Assembly: GCA_964608985.1 (NCBI GenBank) | Contig: CAZSQU010000005.1 | Coordinates: 7,463 to 71,462 of the forward strand | DNA length: 64,000 nucleotides | Source of the DNA: an uncultured Spirochaetales bacterium | Lineage (GTDB): Bacteria; Spirochaetota; GWE2-31-10; CAYYKD01 | Direction of reading: 5' to 3' | In this document: positions 38,239 to 48,585 of the stretch, one piece after another | Numbering within the stretch: position 1 is the first letter of the stretch | Layout of the letters: each line of letters opens with the position of its first letter | Translations under genes and position numbers: made by a program | Notes under the pieces: model-generated | The model's database searches: none | What the model was told of the DNA's origin: nothing | Seen by the model: only the letters and a program-made list of their open reading frames with translations

Positions 38239-39599
38239 TCTTCTGTTTTAATAGGCAATAAAACCGTAACAATAGTGAATTCACCTTCTTTTGAACTTAT
38301 CGATACAACTCCGTCAAGCAGATGAGCAAACCCCTTAACTATTGTAAGCCCTATTCCCAGACCATCGTGCTTTCGTGTTGAGCTGCTGTCGGCCTGCATA
38401 AAGTGATCAAAGATCATACCAAGCTTATCATCGGGTATTCCTATTCCGTTATCTTTAATTGTGAAACGATAAAAACCCTCATTTCGTTCTCTATGTAGGT
38501 CACATTTTAGAATAACTGTACCGTTGTGAGTAAACTTAATAGAATTTGAGATTATCTGCTCTAATATTACCCTGACTTTTTCCCTGTCACAGAATATAAT
38601 ATCCGGAAAATCATCTGATTGTTCAATAATCAAATTATTACCTGAAATCGCGATCTTTTGTTTAAATTTCTCAGTTATCTGTATGAATAATTCCTTGACA
38701 ATGATCTTTGTATATAAATTAGTCCCGCTGAAATTCTTCAGATTAACAATTGACAACAGATCAGAAAACATTTCAAGGAGACTGTTTGCCGAATTACTTA
38801 TTACATTAACAAATTCATTTTGTTCTTTCGTAAGATTTTCTGCCTTCAATATCTCTGCGAATCCTACAATCGAATTTAAAGGTGTTTTGATCTCGTGACT
38901 AAGTACAGACAGGAAATGCGACTTTGCTTTTTCCGATTCGGTTGCCCTGTTTTTTGTATATTCAAGCATTTTATAATCAAGTTTTAGTTTCTCCATTAGT
39001 TTTTCCTGATCTGCAAAAGCACGCTTTACATTATTTAACAGCGTGAAAACACCAAAACTAAAAAAAGCAACAAGTATAAGAAGCGAGATAATAAAAAACA
39101 TAGAAAATACATCCTGGATACAACACCCCTTTATTTTAATAATTGTAACAATTATTGAGGTTATCACAGGCAAAATAGATGCAACAATAATCTGATACGC
39201 ATGAACAGCAAGCCAGCCGATCATCAAAACAGATGATATTGCAATAATATAAGGAAAATAAACAGGCATATGAAGATCTAAAAATGGGATATAACCTGCA
39301 CTTGTTAAGAATGTAATCACTGTAATAAAAGTATTGTTAAATACAAACAGTAAATCAACAGACAATCTGTAATATCCTGAAACCGTCAGAATAATTGATA
39401 CTATAACAATTAAAAACACCAATGCAATCAACAGTAAACCAAAGGGTTTTGGATAGAATATATTTACTATAAACATAAACAAATCTGCAAACAATATAAT
39501 TATTGAAGCGATTATTGAGTTATTAATCCTTTTAACCTGCACGGAATCGTTAAGATTGTATTTCCTGTGAATGAAACTGTAAGTTGTATTTATATTCAT
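38220..39599 (-). CDS. Membrane-bound sensor histidine kinase (orphan)
   Basis: About six TM segments; SHEIKTPLNSI, NSIKFT, DNGIGI, FMQAD, GLGIGL. Confidence 0.9.
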   Translation of the reverse strand: MNINTTYSFIHRKYNLNDSVQVKRINNSIIASIIILFADLFMFIVNIFYPKPFGLLLIALVFLIVIVSIILTVSGYYRLSVDLLFVFNNTFITVITFLTSAGYIPFLDLHMPVYFPYIIAISSVLMIGWLAVHAYQIIVASILPVITSIIVTIIKIKGCCIQDVFSMFFIISLLILVAFFSFGVFTLLNNVKRAFADQEKLMEKLKLDYKMLEYTKNRATESEKAKSHFLSVLSHEIKTPLNSIVGFAEILKAENLTKEQNEFVNVISNSANSLLEMFSDLLSIVNLKNFSGTNLYTKIIVKELFIQITEKFKQKIAISGNNLIIEQSDDFPDIIFCDREKVRVILEQIISNSIKFTHNGTVILKCDLHRERNEGFYRFTIKDNGIGIPDDKLGMIFDHFMQADSSSTRKHDGLGIGLTIVKGFAHLLDGVVSISSKEGEFTIVTVLLPIKTEDQTSVG

Positions 39600-39707
39600 A
39601 AATTAATGATATATCATAATAAAATAAAAAAAAAAATAATTATTATTTGAATATTATCTCAAAATGTCATAAAATAATTATCTTAACTTGATGGTTTAAT
39701 CAAAGAG

Positions 39708-41696
39708 GTGTCTATGGCAACAGTTAATTTCTACAAAAAAGTTCTAAACGAATTTGATGACCCTTTAATATTCTCAAAACTCGGTTCTGATTCTATTGAT
39801 ACCATCAGAAGTTATTTTAATGATAAATTAACAGAGCAAAAGAAAAAAGACTCGGGTAATCTTGTAAAAGTCGCTGTTACAGCATTATCACTCCTTGCGG
39901 CTCTTGCCATTCTTTCGGGTATAACCCTAGTGGTGGTAAATTTTAATTGGGAAATGTTTACGGATAAAGTTAAAACGATTCTTTCATACATTCTGCTTGC
40001 CGCGGCGCAGATTATTGGCGGAGTAATACTTTACAAAAAAAGTAAAAGCGTATTATATAGAGAGATCGGCGGTATTATTGTGTCATTTATGTTTGGTGTA
40101 GTTATATATTTTATAGGTCAGATCTACCAGCTGCCATCAAATGAGCAGATGTTTTTATTAATATGGGCTATATCAACAATCGCAGTTGCATACATTATGA
40201 ACAGTATAAGTGCGGTAGTTCTCTACCTTGTGTTAATTATTCTATGCAGTCTGACTTTTCAATACCAAAAAAGTGTCGGTGCGGTAGTCTATCCGCTTCT
40301 TTTACTGATTGTGCCTTTTTATATAATCAACTACCGTCAAAGATCGGTATTGAGGGTGAGATTTCTCGACTATTCGATTATAATTGCTCTTGTTGTAAGT
40401 GTCGGCATAGCGATTGAAAAAGCCATCCCCGGTCTATGGATTGTAGTATATTCTTCAATGTTTTCATGTTTTTATATTGTAGGGACTTTATTTGGAAAAA
40501 GCAAAGAATCAACACCGTATTTCAGCAGTTTGGGACGATTCCTTAATTCACCATACAGATGGGCAGGAGTTGCCGGTGTTGCAGTAATGGGGGGCATATT
40601 ATCATTTGTTTGGCCTTTTGAAAACATCGGCTGGCATTTTATAAGAACAAATGAAGGTTATAATCTCGCAGGTACGATACCTGATATATTATTTGCAACA
40701 ATATTACCTTTGTTATCCCTTGCCGGAGCTGTTATAACACTGCCTATTGATAAATTCAGCAAGTTTTTTAAGTCCGAAGAATCCGGTGGAATTATTCTCA
40801 ACAATAAACCGGTTATCAACCCCATTGTTTCATTTTTTGGATTTGCAGTAGCTATATTCTATCTCGTAATTGCAGGTGTCAGCGGCAGAGAACACACAAT
40901 AATGGCAATTAATACGGCAATACTTACATTTTCCATATTACTCAGTGTTTACGGCACTACAATTGGTCTTTTAAAAAACAATCAATTCACAGGATACATT
41001 TCCATGTTATATGGTCTGATAGTTTTCATGCTTTACAGTGCAATAAGGATTGAAAGTTATGATTCCGGATCAATAATGATCGCCGGCGGTTCAGTTTTTT
41101 GTGTGCTTTTTTATATTGTTACAATTTTCTATAAATCAAAATCCGATACACAAAAAAATAAATTGTTGGGGTTTATCAGCGGTTTATCCATATTTGCCCT
41201 TGTTTCTTTATTCTATACGCTTTCATACGGCGAACTATGGGATTGGAGTGAAACCCGACACAATATTGGTAATCCTGTTCTAATGATTATTGATTTTGTA
41301 ATAACAGCGGCTCTTGGAGGGGCAGCACTTTACCTGACAAATCATCTAAAGAAAAACGGAGTACAATTAATATCAAAATCTATTAGTTTTGCAGGGGTTT
41401 TTGTTCTTTTTATTATTCTATTGATAGAAGCCGCAAGCCCTCCGGCTTTTTTTACGGGCATATTAATGCTATTATATCTGATATATATCGGCGTTGATTC
41501 ATTCCTTTACGGTTATAAACACAAATCTATACCTGCAATATTTTTTTCCTCCTTATTGTTACTTATGGTAATACTGTCAAGATTTCTGATCGTAGAACTC
41601 GGCAATATTCTCATCAACGGGATTGTATTGATTCTGCTCGGCTGCGCATTCGTTACGGTAAATATTATATTTATCAAAAAGATTAAAAGAGGTTAA
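39708..41696 (+). CDS. DUF2157-like polytopic membrane protein
   Basis: GITLVVVNFNW..F.DKVK, FIGQIYQL, then many TM segments. Paired with a GDYXXLXY gene as is typical. Confidence 0.75.
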   Translation: MSMATVNFYKKVLNEFDDPLIFSKLGSDSIDTIRSYFNDKLTEQKKKDSGNLVKVAVTALSLLAALAILSGITLVVVNFNWEMFTDKVKTILSYILLAAAQIIGGVILYKKSKSVLYREIGGIIVSFMFGVVIYFIGQIYQLPSNEQMFLLIWAISTIAVAYIMNSISAVVLYLVLIILCSLTFQYQKSVGAVVYPLLLLIVPFYIINYRQRSVLRVRFLDYSIIIALVVSVGIAIEKAIPGLWIVVYSSMFSCFYIVGTLFGKSKESTPYFSSLGRFLNSPYRWAGVAGVAVMGGILSFVWPFENIGWHFIRTNEGYNLAGTIPDILFATILPLLSLAGAVITLPIDKFSKFFKSEESGGIILNNKPVINPIVSFFGFAVAIFYLVIAGVSGREHTIMAINTAILTFSILLSVYGTTIGLLKNNQFTGYISMLYGLIVFMLYSAIRIESYDSGSIMIAGGSVFCVLFYIVTIFYKSKSDTQKNKLLGFISGLSIFALVSLFYTLSYGELWDWSETRHNIGNPVLMIIDFVITAALGGAALYLTNHLKKNGVQLISKSISFAGVFVLFIILLIEAASPPAFFTGILMLLYLIYIGVDSFLYGYKHKSIPAIFFSSLLLLMVILSRFLIVELGNILINGIVLILLGCAFVTVNIIFIKKIKRG

Positions 41697-41701
41697 TCAT
41701 T

Positions 41702-42289
41702 ATGAATATAGATTTGATAAAAAAAATCGGTTTTGTGTTAATTGCAGTTATGCAGTTTGCTGTAGTCGGGTATCTTACATACAAGGGCGTTGCTTCAGGT
41801 ACGGAAGTAGCAGTCGAGTGTGAATTATATGATCCGTATCACCCGCTACAAGGCAGATACTTAGCCCTTGAGTTTCCGATTCAAAATATACAAATCAGAG
41901 ACTATATATCACTTGCACAATCCGATCTTACTGACGATATTCAAAAACAATATATTGACAAGGTTTTCGTAATACTTGATCAAGAAACCGGCGGTATTGA
42001 AGATGTTCAATTATTCAAGCCTGATTATACCGATCTTTTTATTATCGGTGAAAGGCCGGCAATCTATGGTAATTATATAAGAGTTTTTTATCCCTTTGAT
42101 AAGTTTTTCGTACAAGAGAATTATGCGCAACCGGCAGAAAAAATCTTATCAGAAAGGAGAAACAGCCGGATACTTTTGCACCTTTCTGTCAGAAACGGTT
42201 ATGCAAGATCAACTAAAATAACAGTTGACGGAGTTGATTTGATCGATCTGATTAAAGCAGAACTTGTTCTTGCAAAAGAAGATAAATAA
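41702..42289 (+). CDS. GDYXXLXY domain protein
   Basis: N-terminal TM; DPYHPLQGRYLALEF; YPFDKFFVQE. Confidence 0.8.
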   Translation: MNIDLIKKIGFVLIAVMQFAVVGYLTYKGVASGTEVAVECELYDPYHPLQGRYLALEFPIQNIQIRDYISLAQSDLTDDIQKQYIDKVFVILDQETGGIEDVQLFKPDYTDLFIIGERPAIYGNYIRVFYPFDKFFVQENYAQPAEKILSERRNSRILLHLSVRNGYARSTKITVDGVDLIDLIKAELVLAKEDK

Positions 42290-42349
42290 GAAATATTTTA
42301 ATGTTAAGCACACTTCAATTATTGTCGATACATAATCGGGAGTTTGTTT

Positions 42350-43444
42350 ATGAAGAAAACTATCAATTTATTTATTCTTATACTTTCTTGTTCAATGCTA
42401 TCGGCACAGCCGCAGATAAGAGTTGCCGAACAGGATAATGAGATAAGAGGGAGCAGTTTCCTTCCGCTTTCTTTAAATAACCGATGGGTGTTAGAAACCG
42501 ATAACGCCTATGAAAACTCCGGTTTTCCTCAAGTGATCTCATGGCATCTGGGACAGATAGTTAAAATCACAGATCCTCAATACAATATCAACAATCATAC
42601 AGCATATAAGATTACACCCGCCGAAGGTGAAAACAGTGAGGTGTATTTTATTGAACATGATGGCTTCATCTGTTCATATCAGCCGGATATTGATGGCAAG
42701 TATTTTATAGAACGGCTTGTACCTATCAATCCGTTTCTCGGCGATATATGGATCTCAAAAGGACTTCAATATACTGTTGTTGAGGTTGATGCGAATTTCT
42801 TAAAAATTCAATTCTCAAATGAGATACTTCTCGATATGACAGCACCTTCAAATGAGGTAAAAAGCGGATATGTAATCTATGCGCACGGCTTTGGGTTCTA
42901 TGAGCTTTTCTATTACAATGCAACAGATAATCAACAGCATTTTGCAACATATATTATCAATCAACAAGGATCAGATGTAGCAAGAAGAACAACACCTCGA
43001 GTTGATCAGAACGACTCCAATAATCAATCGAGTTCATCAAGTTCAAGTACACGGTCAAGCTCGTCGAGTTCATCATCAAGCTCAGTTTCAAGATCAAGTT
43101 CATCGAGTTCATCATCAAGTTCAGTTTCAAGATCAAGTTCATCAAGCTCGTCTTCAAGTATTACAACGGCGAATAATAACCCTGCTGAAACAACAGATAT
43201 ACGAACTATAACCCGATTAACACAGGGCAAATCATATATTCAACTTGGTGCTTTCAGGAATATGGCAAATGCAGCTAACCTTCTCGATAACGCGAGAAGC
43301 AGAGGGTTTGAGGTTGTTGCTTGGAGGGACACAGACGGAATGATCAAAATACTTATAGAAACAACACCGGACAGAGCAAGAGCTATGCTTGACCGAGCAA
43401 AGAATGCCATTAGTTCCGGCGCTTTTTTGAGGCAAATGAGATGA
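42350..43444 (+). CDS. Exported SPOR-domain protein with a Ser-rich linker
   Basis: Signal peptide ending LSAQ; C-terminal YIQLGAFRNMANA; poly-Ser linker. Confidence 0.8.
   Translation: MKKTINLFILILSCSMLSAQPQIRVAEQDNEIRGSSFLPLSLNNRWVLETDNAYENSGFPQVISWHLGQIVKITDPQYNINNHTAYKITPAEGENSEVYFIEHDGFICSYQPDIDGKYFIERLVPINPFLGDIWISKGLQYTVVEVDANFLKIQFSNEILLDMTAPSNEVKSGYVIYAHGFGFYELFYYNATDNQQHFATYIINQQGSDVARRTTPRVDQNDSNNQSSSSSSSTRSSSSSSSSSSVSRSSSSSSSSSSVSRSSSSSSSSSITTANNNPAETTDIRTITRLTQGKSYIQLGAFRNMANAANLLDNARSRGFEVVAWRDTDGMIKILIETTPDRARAMLDRAKNAISSGAFLRQMR
43064..43141 (+). repeat. 39-bp tandem duplication in the Ser-rich linker
   Basis: TCGAGTTCATCATCAAG(C/T)TCAGTTTCAAGATCAAGTTCA twice, with one mismatch. 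Confidence 0.8.
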
Positions 43445-43701
43445 TATTTGAATTAATAATGATTGCTTGTTTTGGAATATCATGGCCTGTTGCTATATTT
43501 AAAACAATCCGTGTTAAGAGCGTTAAAGGTGTAAGCATATTTTTTTTATCTTTAATACTGATTGGTTACATCTCAGGTATTATTTATAAATTTTTTTTTA
43601 ACTACGATGCCGTTATATACCTTTATTGTTTAAATGGGGTATTTGTTTTTATCCAGATCATTTTATACTTTAAATACAGGAAGAGATCAACAGATAGTTA
43701 G
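43441..43701 (+). CDS. Small PQ-loop/SemiSWEET-like membrane protein
   Basis: Three TM segments; FGISWP..K..R.KSVKGVS..FL. ATGA overlap with the upstream gene. Confidence 0.7.
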   Translation: MIFELIMIACFGISWPVAIFKTIRVKSVKGVSIFFLSLILIGYISGIIYKFFFNYDAVIYLYCLNGVFVFIQIILYFKYRKRSTDS

Positions 43702-44144
43702 ATCCACGGATTATTCGGATCTAAGTAATGTATGATCTCATCATCTTTAAAGAAGATACCTATCTCTCTTGCTGCTGATTCAACTCCGTCAGATGTATGA
43801 ATGATATTCTTACCGGTGTGCATAGAATAATCACCCCGTATTGTTCCCGGTATAGCATCTTCAATCTTTGTTGGCCCCGCCATTTTGCGAACAATACTGA
43901 TACATTGATCACCTTCAAGAACAAGCAATATCACAGGGCTTGAGATGATATAGTCAACCAATTCTTTATAAAACGGCTTCCCGTTGTGTTCGGCATAATG
44001 GCGCTGTGCCTGATCCAAAGAGACCGTGCTTAATTTTAGGCCAACCATCTTTAGACCTTTCGTTTCAAACCTCGATATAATCTCTCCTACAATTGCCCTT
44101 TGAAGACATCCGGGTTTTAGTATTACAAGTGTTTTTTCTATCAT
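43698..44144 (-). CDS. ndk: Nucleoside diphosphate kinase
   Basis: KTLVILKP, GEIISRFE.KGL, HY.EH.GKPFY, PGTIRGD, NIIHTSD. Confidence 0.97.
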   Translation of the reverse strand: MIEKTLVILKPGCLQRAIVGEIISRFETKGLKMVGLKLSTVSLDQAQRHYAEHNGKPFYKELVDYIISSPVILLVLEGDQCISIVRKMAGPTKIEDAIPGTIRGDYSMHTGKNIIHTSDGVESAAREIGIFFKDDEIIHYLDPNNPWI

Positions 44145-44212
44145 CTTTCCCCCTAATTTTAATTAACTAATACACGATAACATAAGAGAAATATTTTTGC
44201 AACATAATTCAT

Positions 44213-45322
44213 TCACTCAGGTACTATAGGGTACTCTACAAAAAATGTTGTACCGGCATTTTGTGAGGTAATAAATGAAACTAACCCTTTAAGGTATTTC
44301 TCTGTCAGAAGTTTTATACTGTAAGTACCTAGCCCTCTATCAGCACCCTTTGTAGAAAAAGACCGCTTAAATATCTGAAGCTGTATGTCTTTGGGTATAT
44401 ACCCCTCATTGAAAACAGAGAATTTAATTTTGTTATCCTCTGATTTTGATACATTGATTTCAATTTTTGCTCCGATATCGGTAGCTTCGATAGCATTCTT
44501 AATTATATTCTCAAGTACTCTTCTGATCAATGAATAATCTGATATAAAATCTATGCTTTCTGCCTTTGAATTAATTGATATCTTCCGCCTTAACCCTGAT
44601 TTACTTGCCATGTGCGGTTTAATTACATCAGATATAAGTTTAAGGGAATTTATCATCGATTTACTTACAATAAGTTGATTGTCTTCTGCGGCGACAAGCT
44701 GTTTTTGTGACATTATTTCATCGATCATGTGGTTGTAAATGGTTGAAGACTGTCTAAGATACTCACGGGTTTCTTCAAGTGTAGAAGACCGCATTGCAAT
44801 CTCAAGGAACCCTTTTAAGCCTGAAGCGGTATTAATTATGTCATGAAAAAATATTCTTTCAAGGGCAATTTTCCTCTTTTCTGAACTTATATCTTTAAGA
44901 AACAAAAAAATCGCTTTTCTATCATTCATCATCACTGGCTTTGAATATACCTTAAAGTCATAAGAGACCATATAATTTCCGATCTTTGCTGAGGTTATTC
45001 GGCACTCCTGTTCATTCTCAAAAAGCTCTAAGGCTGCTTTAATAGAATGATTTGCACCGCATTTTGTACAAAACTCAGTTGTTCCACAAGTATGAGAATT
45101 ATGGCATGTATGAATACACGAGAATAATTGACCAAATTTTAAGTTTATTATCTGTTCAAGTGATTCATATTCGAGATAGTCCAATAAGAACCTGTTTGCA
45201 GTAATAACCTCGGATTTGTCACTAAGAATAATTACAGCTTCGGGGAGCATATCAATTATTTTATTTACATCAACACTTGAGAGATACACAGGTTTTTCGT
45301 TAAGTTTTTTACTACTGCTCAT
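44213..45322 (-). CDS. Cytoplasmic PAS-like sensor histidine kinase with a Cys-rich motif (orphan)
   Basis: IIDMLPEAVIIL..AN; CIHTCHNSHTCGTTEFCTKCG; FFHDIINTA; NAIEA; FSTKG.DRGLGTY. Confidence 0.85.
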   Translation of the reverse strand: MSSSKKLNEKPVYLSSVDVNKIIDMLPEAVIILSDKSEVITANRFLLDYLEYESLEQIINLKFGQLFSCIHTCHNSHTCGTTEFCTKCGANHSIKAALELFENEQECRITSAKIGNYMVSYDFKVYSKPVMMNDRKAIFLFLKDISSEKRKIALERIFFHDIINTASGLKGFLEIAMRSSTLEETREYLRQSSTIYNHMIDEIMSQKQLVAAEDNQLIVSKSMINSLKLISDVIKPHMASKSGLRRKISINSKAESIDFISDYSLIRRVLENIIKNAIEATDIGAKIEINVSKSEDNKIKFSVFNEGYIPKDIQLQIFKRSFSTKGADRGLGTYSIKLLTEKYLKGLVSFITSQNAGTTFFVEYPIVPE

Positions 45323-45333
45323 AAATACCTCTG

Positions 45334-46806
45334 CTATAATTGTGCTTTTATTTTTTCAAGAATAAGTTCTGTTGCTTTTACCGGATTTGCCTTGCCTTTA
45401 CTCATTTTCATCACTTGTCCCATCAGGAATTTAAGTGCGTTGTCCTTGCCGTTGTTATAGTCTGTAATTGATTTCGGGTTCTCTTTTAAAATAGCTTCAA
45501 CTATGCCGGAGAGTTCATCAACATTATCAGATACAACAAGATTATCTTCTTTTATTATAACATCGGGAGCAATGCCGGTAGCGACCATCTTTTCTAAAAC
45601 CTGTTTTGCAAGCCATGAGCTTAGAATCCCTTCTCCGGTAAGATCAGCAAGATGGCCGAGATGCTGAGGATTAATACTTAGACCTGCAATTGTTGTTTCT
45701 TTTTGTTTGATTATTGCATTGATCTCAGTTAATATCATATTTGCAGCTTTTTTGTAATTTTTGGTGTATTTCGCAACTTCCTCAAAAAAATCTGCTGTTT
45801 CAATACTGCCGGTTAATCCGAAAACATCATACTCGGTAATTGAGTATTGTTTAAGCATTCTTTCCCGTCTTTCAAGGGGCAGTTCAATCAAGCGGGTCTT
45901 GGCTTCATTTATCATATCATCTGTTACGGTAAAATAAGGCAGATCAGGCTCAGGAAAGTATCTGTAATCCGACTCACCCTCTTTTGTTCTTTGAAAAAGT
46001 GTTATCTCATTTACATCATCCCAACCGCGGGTTATCTTGTTCTTGCCGTTGTTAGTAATCCCTTCTTTTGAGTATTGATCGACCTGTCTGATTATTTCAT
46101 ATTCGATAGCTTTCTTTACATTTTTAAAAGAATTCATGTTTTTGATTTCTGTAATCGGGGTATTTACCTCAGAACCGCTATCTGTCGGTATCATCATACT
46201 TATATTTGCATCACATCTTATACTTCCCTCTTCCATGTTACAGTCGGAGATTCCAAGATAAATAAATATTTCTTTTAAAGCATTAAGATATCTGACGGCA
46301 TCATCACTATTTCTCAAATCCGGCTCTGATACTATCTCAAGTAAAGGCGCACCACAACGGTTATAATCAACATAACTGTTCCCAGTGCCATCCTCTAGGT
46401 GTATCAGTTTTCCGGCGTCCTCTTCCATGTGAATACGGGTTATGCCGACAAATTTTTCATTGTTATTTTCGTCTTTGAATTTTACTTTACCGCCTACACA
46501 CAGCGGTTTATCGTATTGGCTGATTTGATAGCCTTTTGTAAGGTCTGGATATGCATAATTCTTCCTGTCAAATTTGGTCAGCAAAGTTATATCAGAGCTG
46601 AAAGCAAGGCCGGCAAGTATTCCGCTCTTCAACAACTCAATATTTAAAACAGGCATTGCTCCCGGCATACCGAGACAAACCGGACACACCCTTGTGTTAG
46701 GGTTACCGCCATACCTGTTTTCGCATCTGCAAAATGCTTTACTTTTTGTGTTTAATTGTATATGAACTTCAAGCCCGATAATCGGGTATGGTTTTGCACT
46801 ATTCAT
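45334..46806 (-). CDS. gatB: Asp-tRNA(Asn)/Glu-tRNA(Gln) amidotransferase subunit B
   Basis: IGLEVHIQL, CPVCLGMPG, FDRKNY.YPDL.KGYQISQ, HMEEDAGK, DYNRCGAPLLEIVSEPD, YRYFPEPDL. Confidence 0.98.
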   Translation of the reverse strand: MNSAKPYPIIGLEVHIQLNTKSKAFCRCENRYGGNPNTRVCPVCLGMPGAMPVLNIELLKSGILAGLAFSSDITLLTKFDRKNYAYPDLTKGYQISQYDKPLCVGGKVKFKDENNNEKFVGITRIHMEEDAGKLIHLEDGTGNSYVDYNRCGAPLLEIVSEPDLRNSDDAVRYLNALKEIFIYLGISDCNMEEGSIRCDANISMMIPTDSGSEVNTPITEIKNMNSFKNVKKAIEYEIIRQVDQYSKEGITNNGKNKITRGWDDVNEITLFQRTKEGESDYRYFPEPDLPYFTVTDDMINEAKTRLIELPLERRERMLKQYSITEYDVFGLTGSIETADFFEEVAKYTKNYKKAANMILTEINAIIKQKETTIAGLSINPQHLGHLADLTGEGILSSWLAKQVLEKMVATGIAPDVIIKEDNLVVSDNVDELSGIVEAILKENPKSITDYNNGKDNALKFLMGQVMKMSKGKANPVKATELILEKIKAQL

Positions 46807-47037
46807 GAAACTAACTCCAAAGAGAATAAATCGGAGATATAATACATAAATTATTACTTTTTTACAAGATTTAATTTATTAATCATTTAATTATACTTGA
46901 TTATTTTAGCTTGAAGTTTTAATATATTGTATTATTAAAGATAAGTATTATTACTTTCATCCTTCAAACTAAGCTTTTGAATGCCGATAATTTAGAGATT
47001 GTATGGAAAATGTTTCTTAATAATTATGGAGTTTATT

Positions 47038-48564
47038 ATGCCGCGTAAATTTTTATTTGTTTTAACCTTTTGTTTTTTTACCGGTTTTGTATTCGGTGCT
47101 GCAGGAGATTACGATCTTTCAGTTTTTTTTACATCTAATCTTATGGGGCGAATGCAGCCGTTTACGGTTGATGAAAACCCGAATCAAGGTGGACTTCCTG
47201 CAATTGCTACAATTATCCAGCAAAGGCGTACTGACAAACCAAATAGGGTTATCGTTGTCGATACAGGCAATCAACTGGGAAGCTCATCAGACACTATTCT
47301 GTTAGAAGGCAAAGTTGAATCAACAGCAATGAACGCTGTCGGTTATAATGTCGCCGGCACTGGATACACAGATATACAAATATCACTGGAATTATTCGGC
47401 AAATACAACAATACAGTTGAACACTATATGCTTTCTGCCAATATTATTGATAAAACAGAAGAGATGCCTATCGCCGATCTATCAAATGTTTATACGGCAG
47501 GCGGGTGGAATGGTATAAAAATCGGTTTTTTTTCATTAATATCTGAAGAAGCAACACAAATGATCAGCGCCCGAACCAGATCGCAGGTAGAAATAACCGA
47601 CCCGCTTGAGGCAGCAAAAGTCGCTGTTGAACAACTTAAATCAAAAGGAGCCGTAGTAATTATCGCTCTTACCAATATTGGCGTTACAAGAACAAACGGA
47701 CTAAACGCAATGCAGTTAGCACAAGAAATCCCGGAGATAAATATAATTATCGACGGCTATGATAATGTAAAATCAGACACCCCTATAATGTCAGGAGATA
47801 CAAGAATAATTCAATCAGCAAGTTACGGGCTTTATCTTGGTGAAATAGGTTTAATGATATCACAAAACCAAATCACAGGTTTTGAACTGACACAACACCC
47901 CATTAATTACTATCGGGAGAATGCTGAACCTATTGCTCAAAATGTTACCGTTGCATCATCCATAACTCAGGCCATTAACAGAAGATCAATGGTTACAAGA
48001 AGATTTGTCGGCTGGCTTCGCAAAGGACAACTTTCAAACGAGGGTATCAGAGATGGTGAAACCCCATTAGGCAATCTGATTTGCGATGCAATGGTTGATC
48101 TTACCGGAGCCGATGTTGCTTTTCAGAATGCCGGCGGAATTGGAGTTGGTAATTTCAGAAGTGCAGCAATACTAAGAGACTCATTAAACGATCTAATAAA
48201 ATACGATAATACAATGTATATACTCGAAATGACCGGATCACAACTCATTGACACCTTGAAATTCTCAATGAAAAGAATCGGATATGGCCCGTTTCTACAG
48301 GTCGGCGGTATCAGATTCAAGTACTCACGATCAACCGAAGAGATAGCAGAACTTACAGTTGCAGGTCAGCCTGTCGATACTAATGCTATATATAAAGTTG
48401 CAGTCAATTCATGGCTAAAGCAGGGTGGTGACGGCTACGGTTTTTTACAGAATTTAACTGCGAACGAGCTTAGTTTACACCACAGAGAGGCGGTTTACAA
48501 CTATATTCAGATAAAGGGTGGAATATCAGCAGAGATCGACGGAAGAATAACGATTACGGAATAG
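47038..48564 (+). CDS. UshA-fold protein lacking the catalytic metal ligands (pseudo-5'-nucleotidase)
   Basis: SPI signal and full two-domain UshA layout (GETPLGNLICDAM, NAGG, FLQVGG, GGDGY). The motifs read FTSNLM, DTGN, GYTD, TNIG, DGYDN. ATG 47038 has a GGAG RBS. Confidence 0.85.
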   Translation: MPRKFLFVLTFCFFTGFVFGAAGDYDLSVFFTSNLMGRMQPFTVDENPNQGGLPAIATIIQQRRTDKPNRVIVVDTGNQLGSSSDTILLEGKVESTAMNAVGYNVAGTGYTDIQISLELFGKYNNTVEHYMLSANIIDKTEEMPIADLSNVYTAGGWNGIKIGFFSLISEEATQMISARTRSQVEITDPLEAAKVAVEQLKSKGAVVIIALTNIGVTRTNGLNAMQLAQEIPEINIIIDGYDNVKSDTPIMSGDTRIIQSASYGLYLGEIGLMISQNQITGFELTQHPINYYRENAEPIAQNVTVASSITQAINRRSMVTRRFVGWLRKGQLSNEGIRDGETPLGNLICDAMVDLTGADVAFQNAGGIGVGNFRSAAILRDSLNDLIKYDNTMYILEMTGSQLIDTLKFSMKRIGYGPFLQVGGIRFKYSRSTEEIAELTVAGQPVDTNAIYKVAVNSWLKQGGDGYGFLQNLTANELSLHHREAVYNYIQIKGGISAEIDGRITITE

Positions 48565-48585
48565 AGTTATAACCCGACTTGATGT

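Noticed and set aside
45334-46806. gatB without adjacent gatA/gatC
   Set aside because: Split gatCAB arrangements are common, so this is not informative without the rest of the genome.
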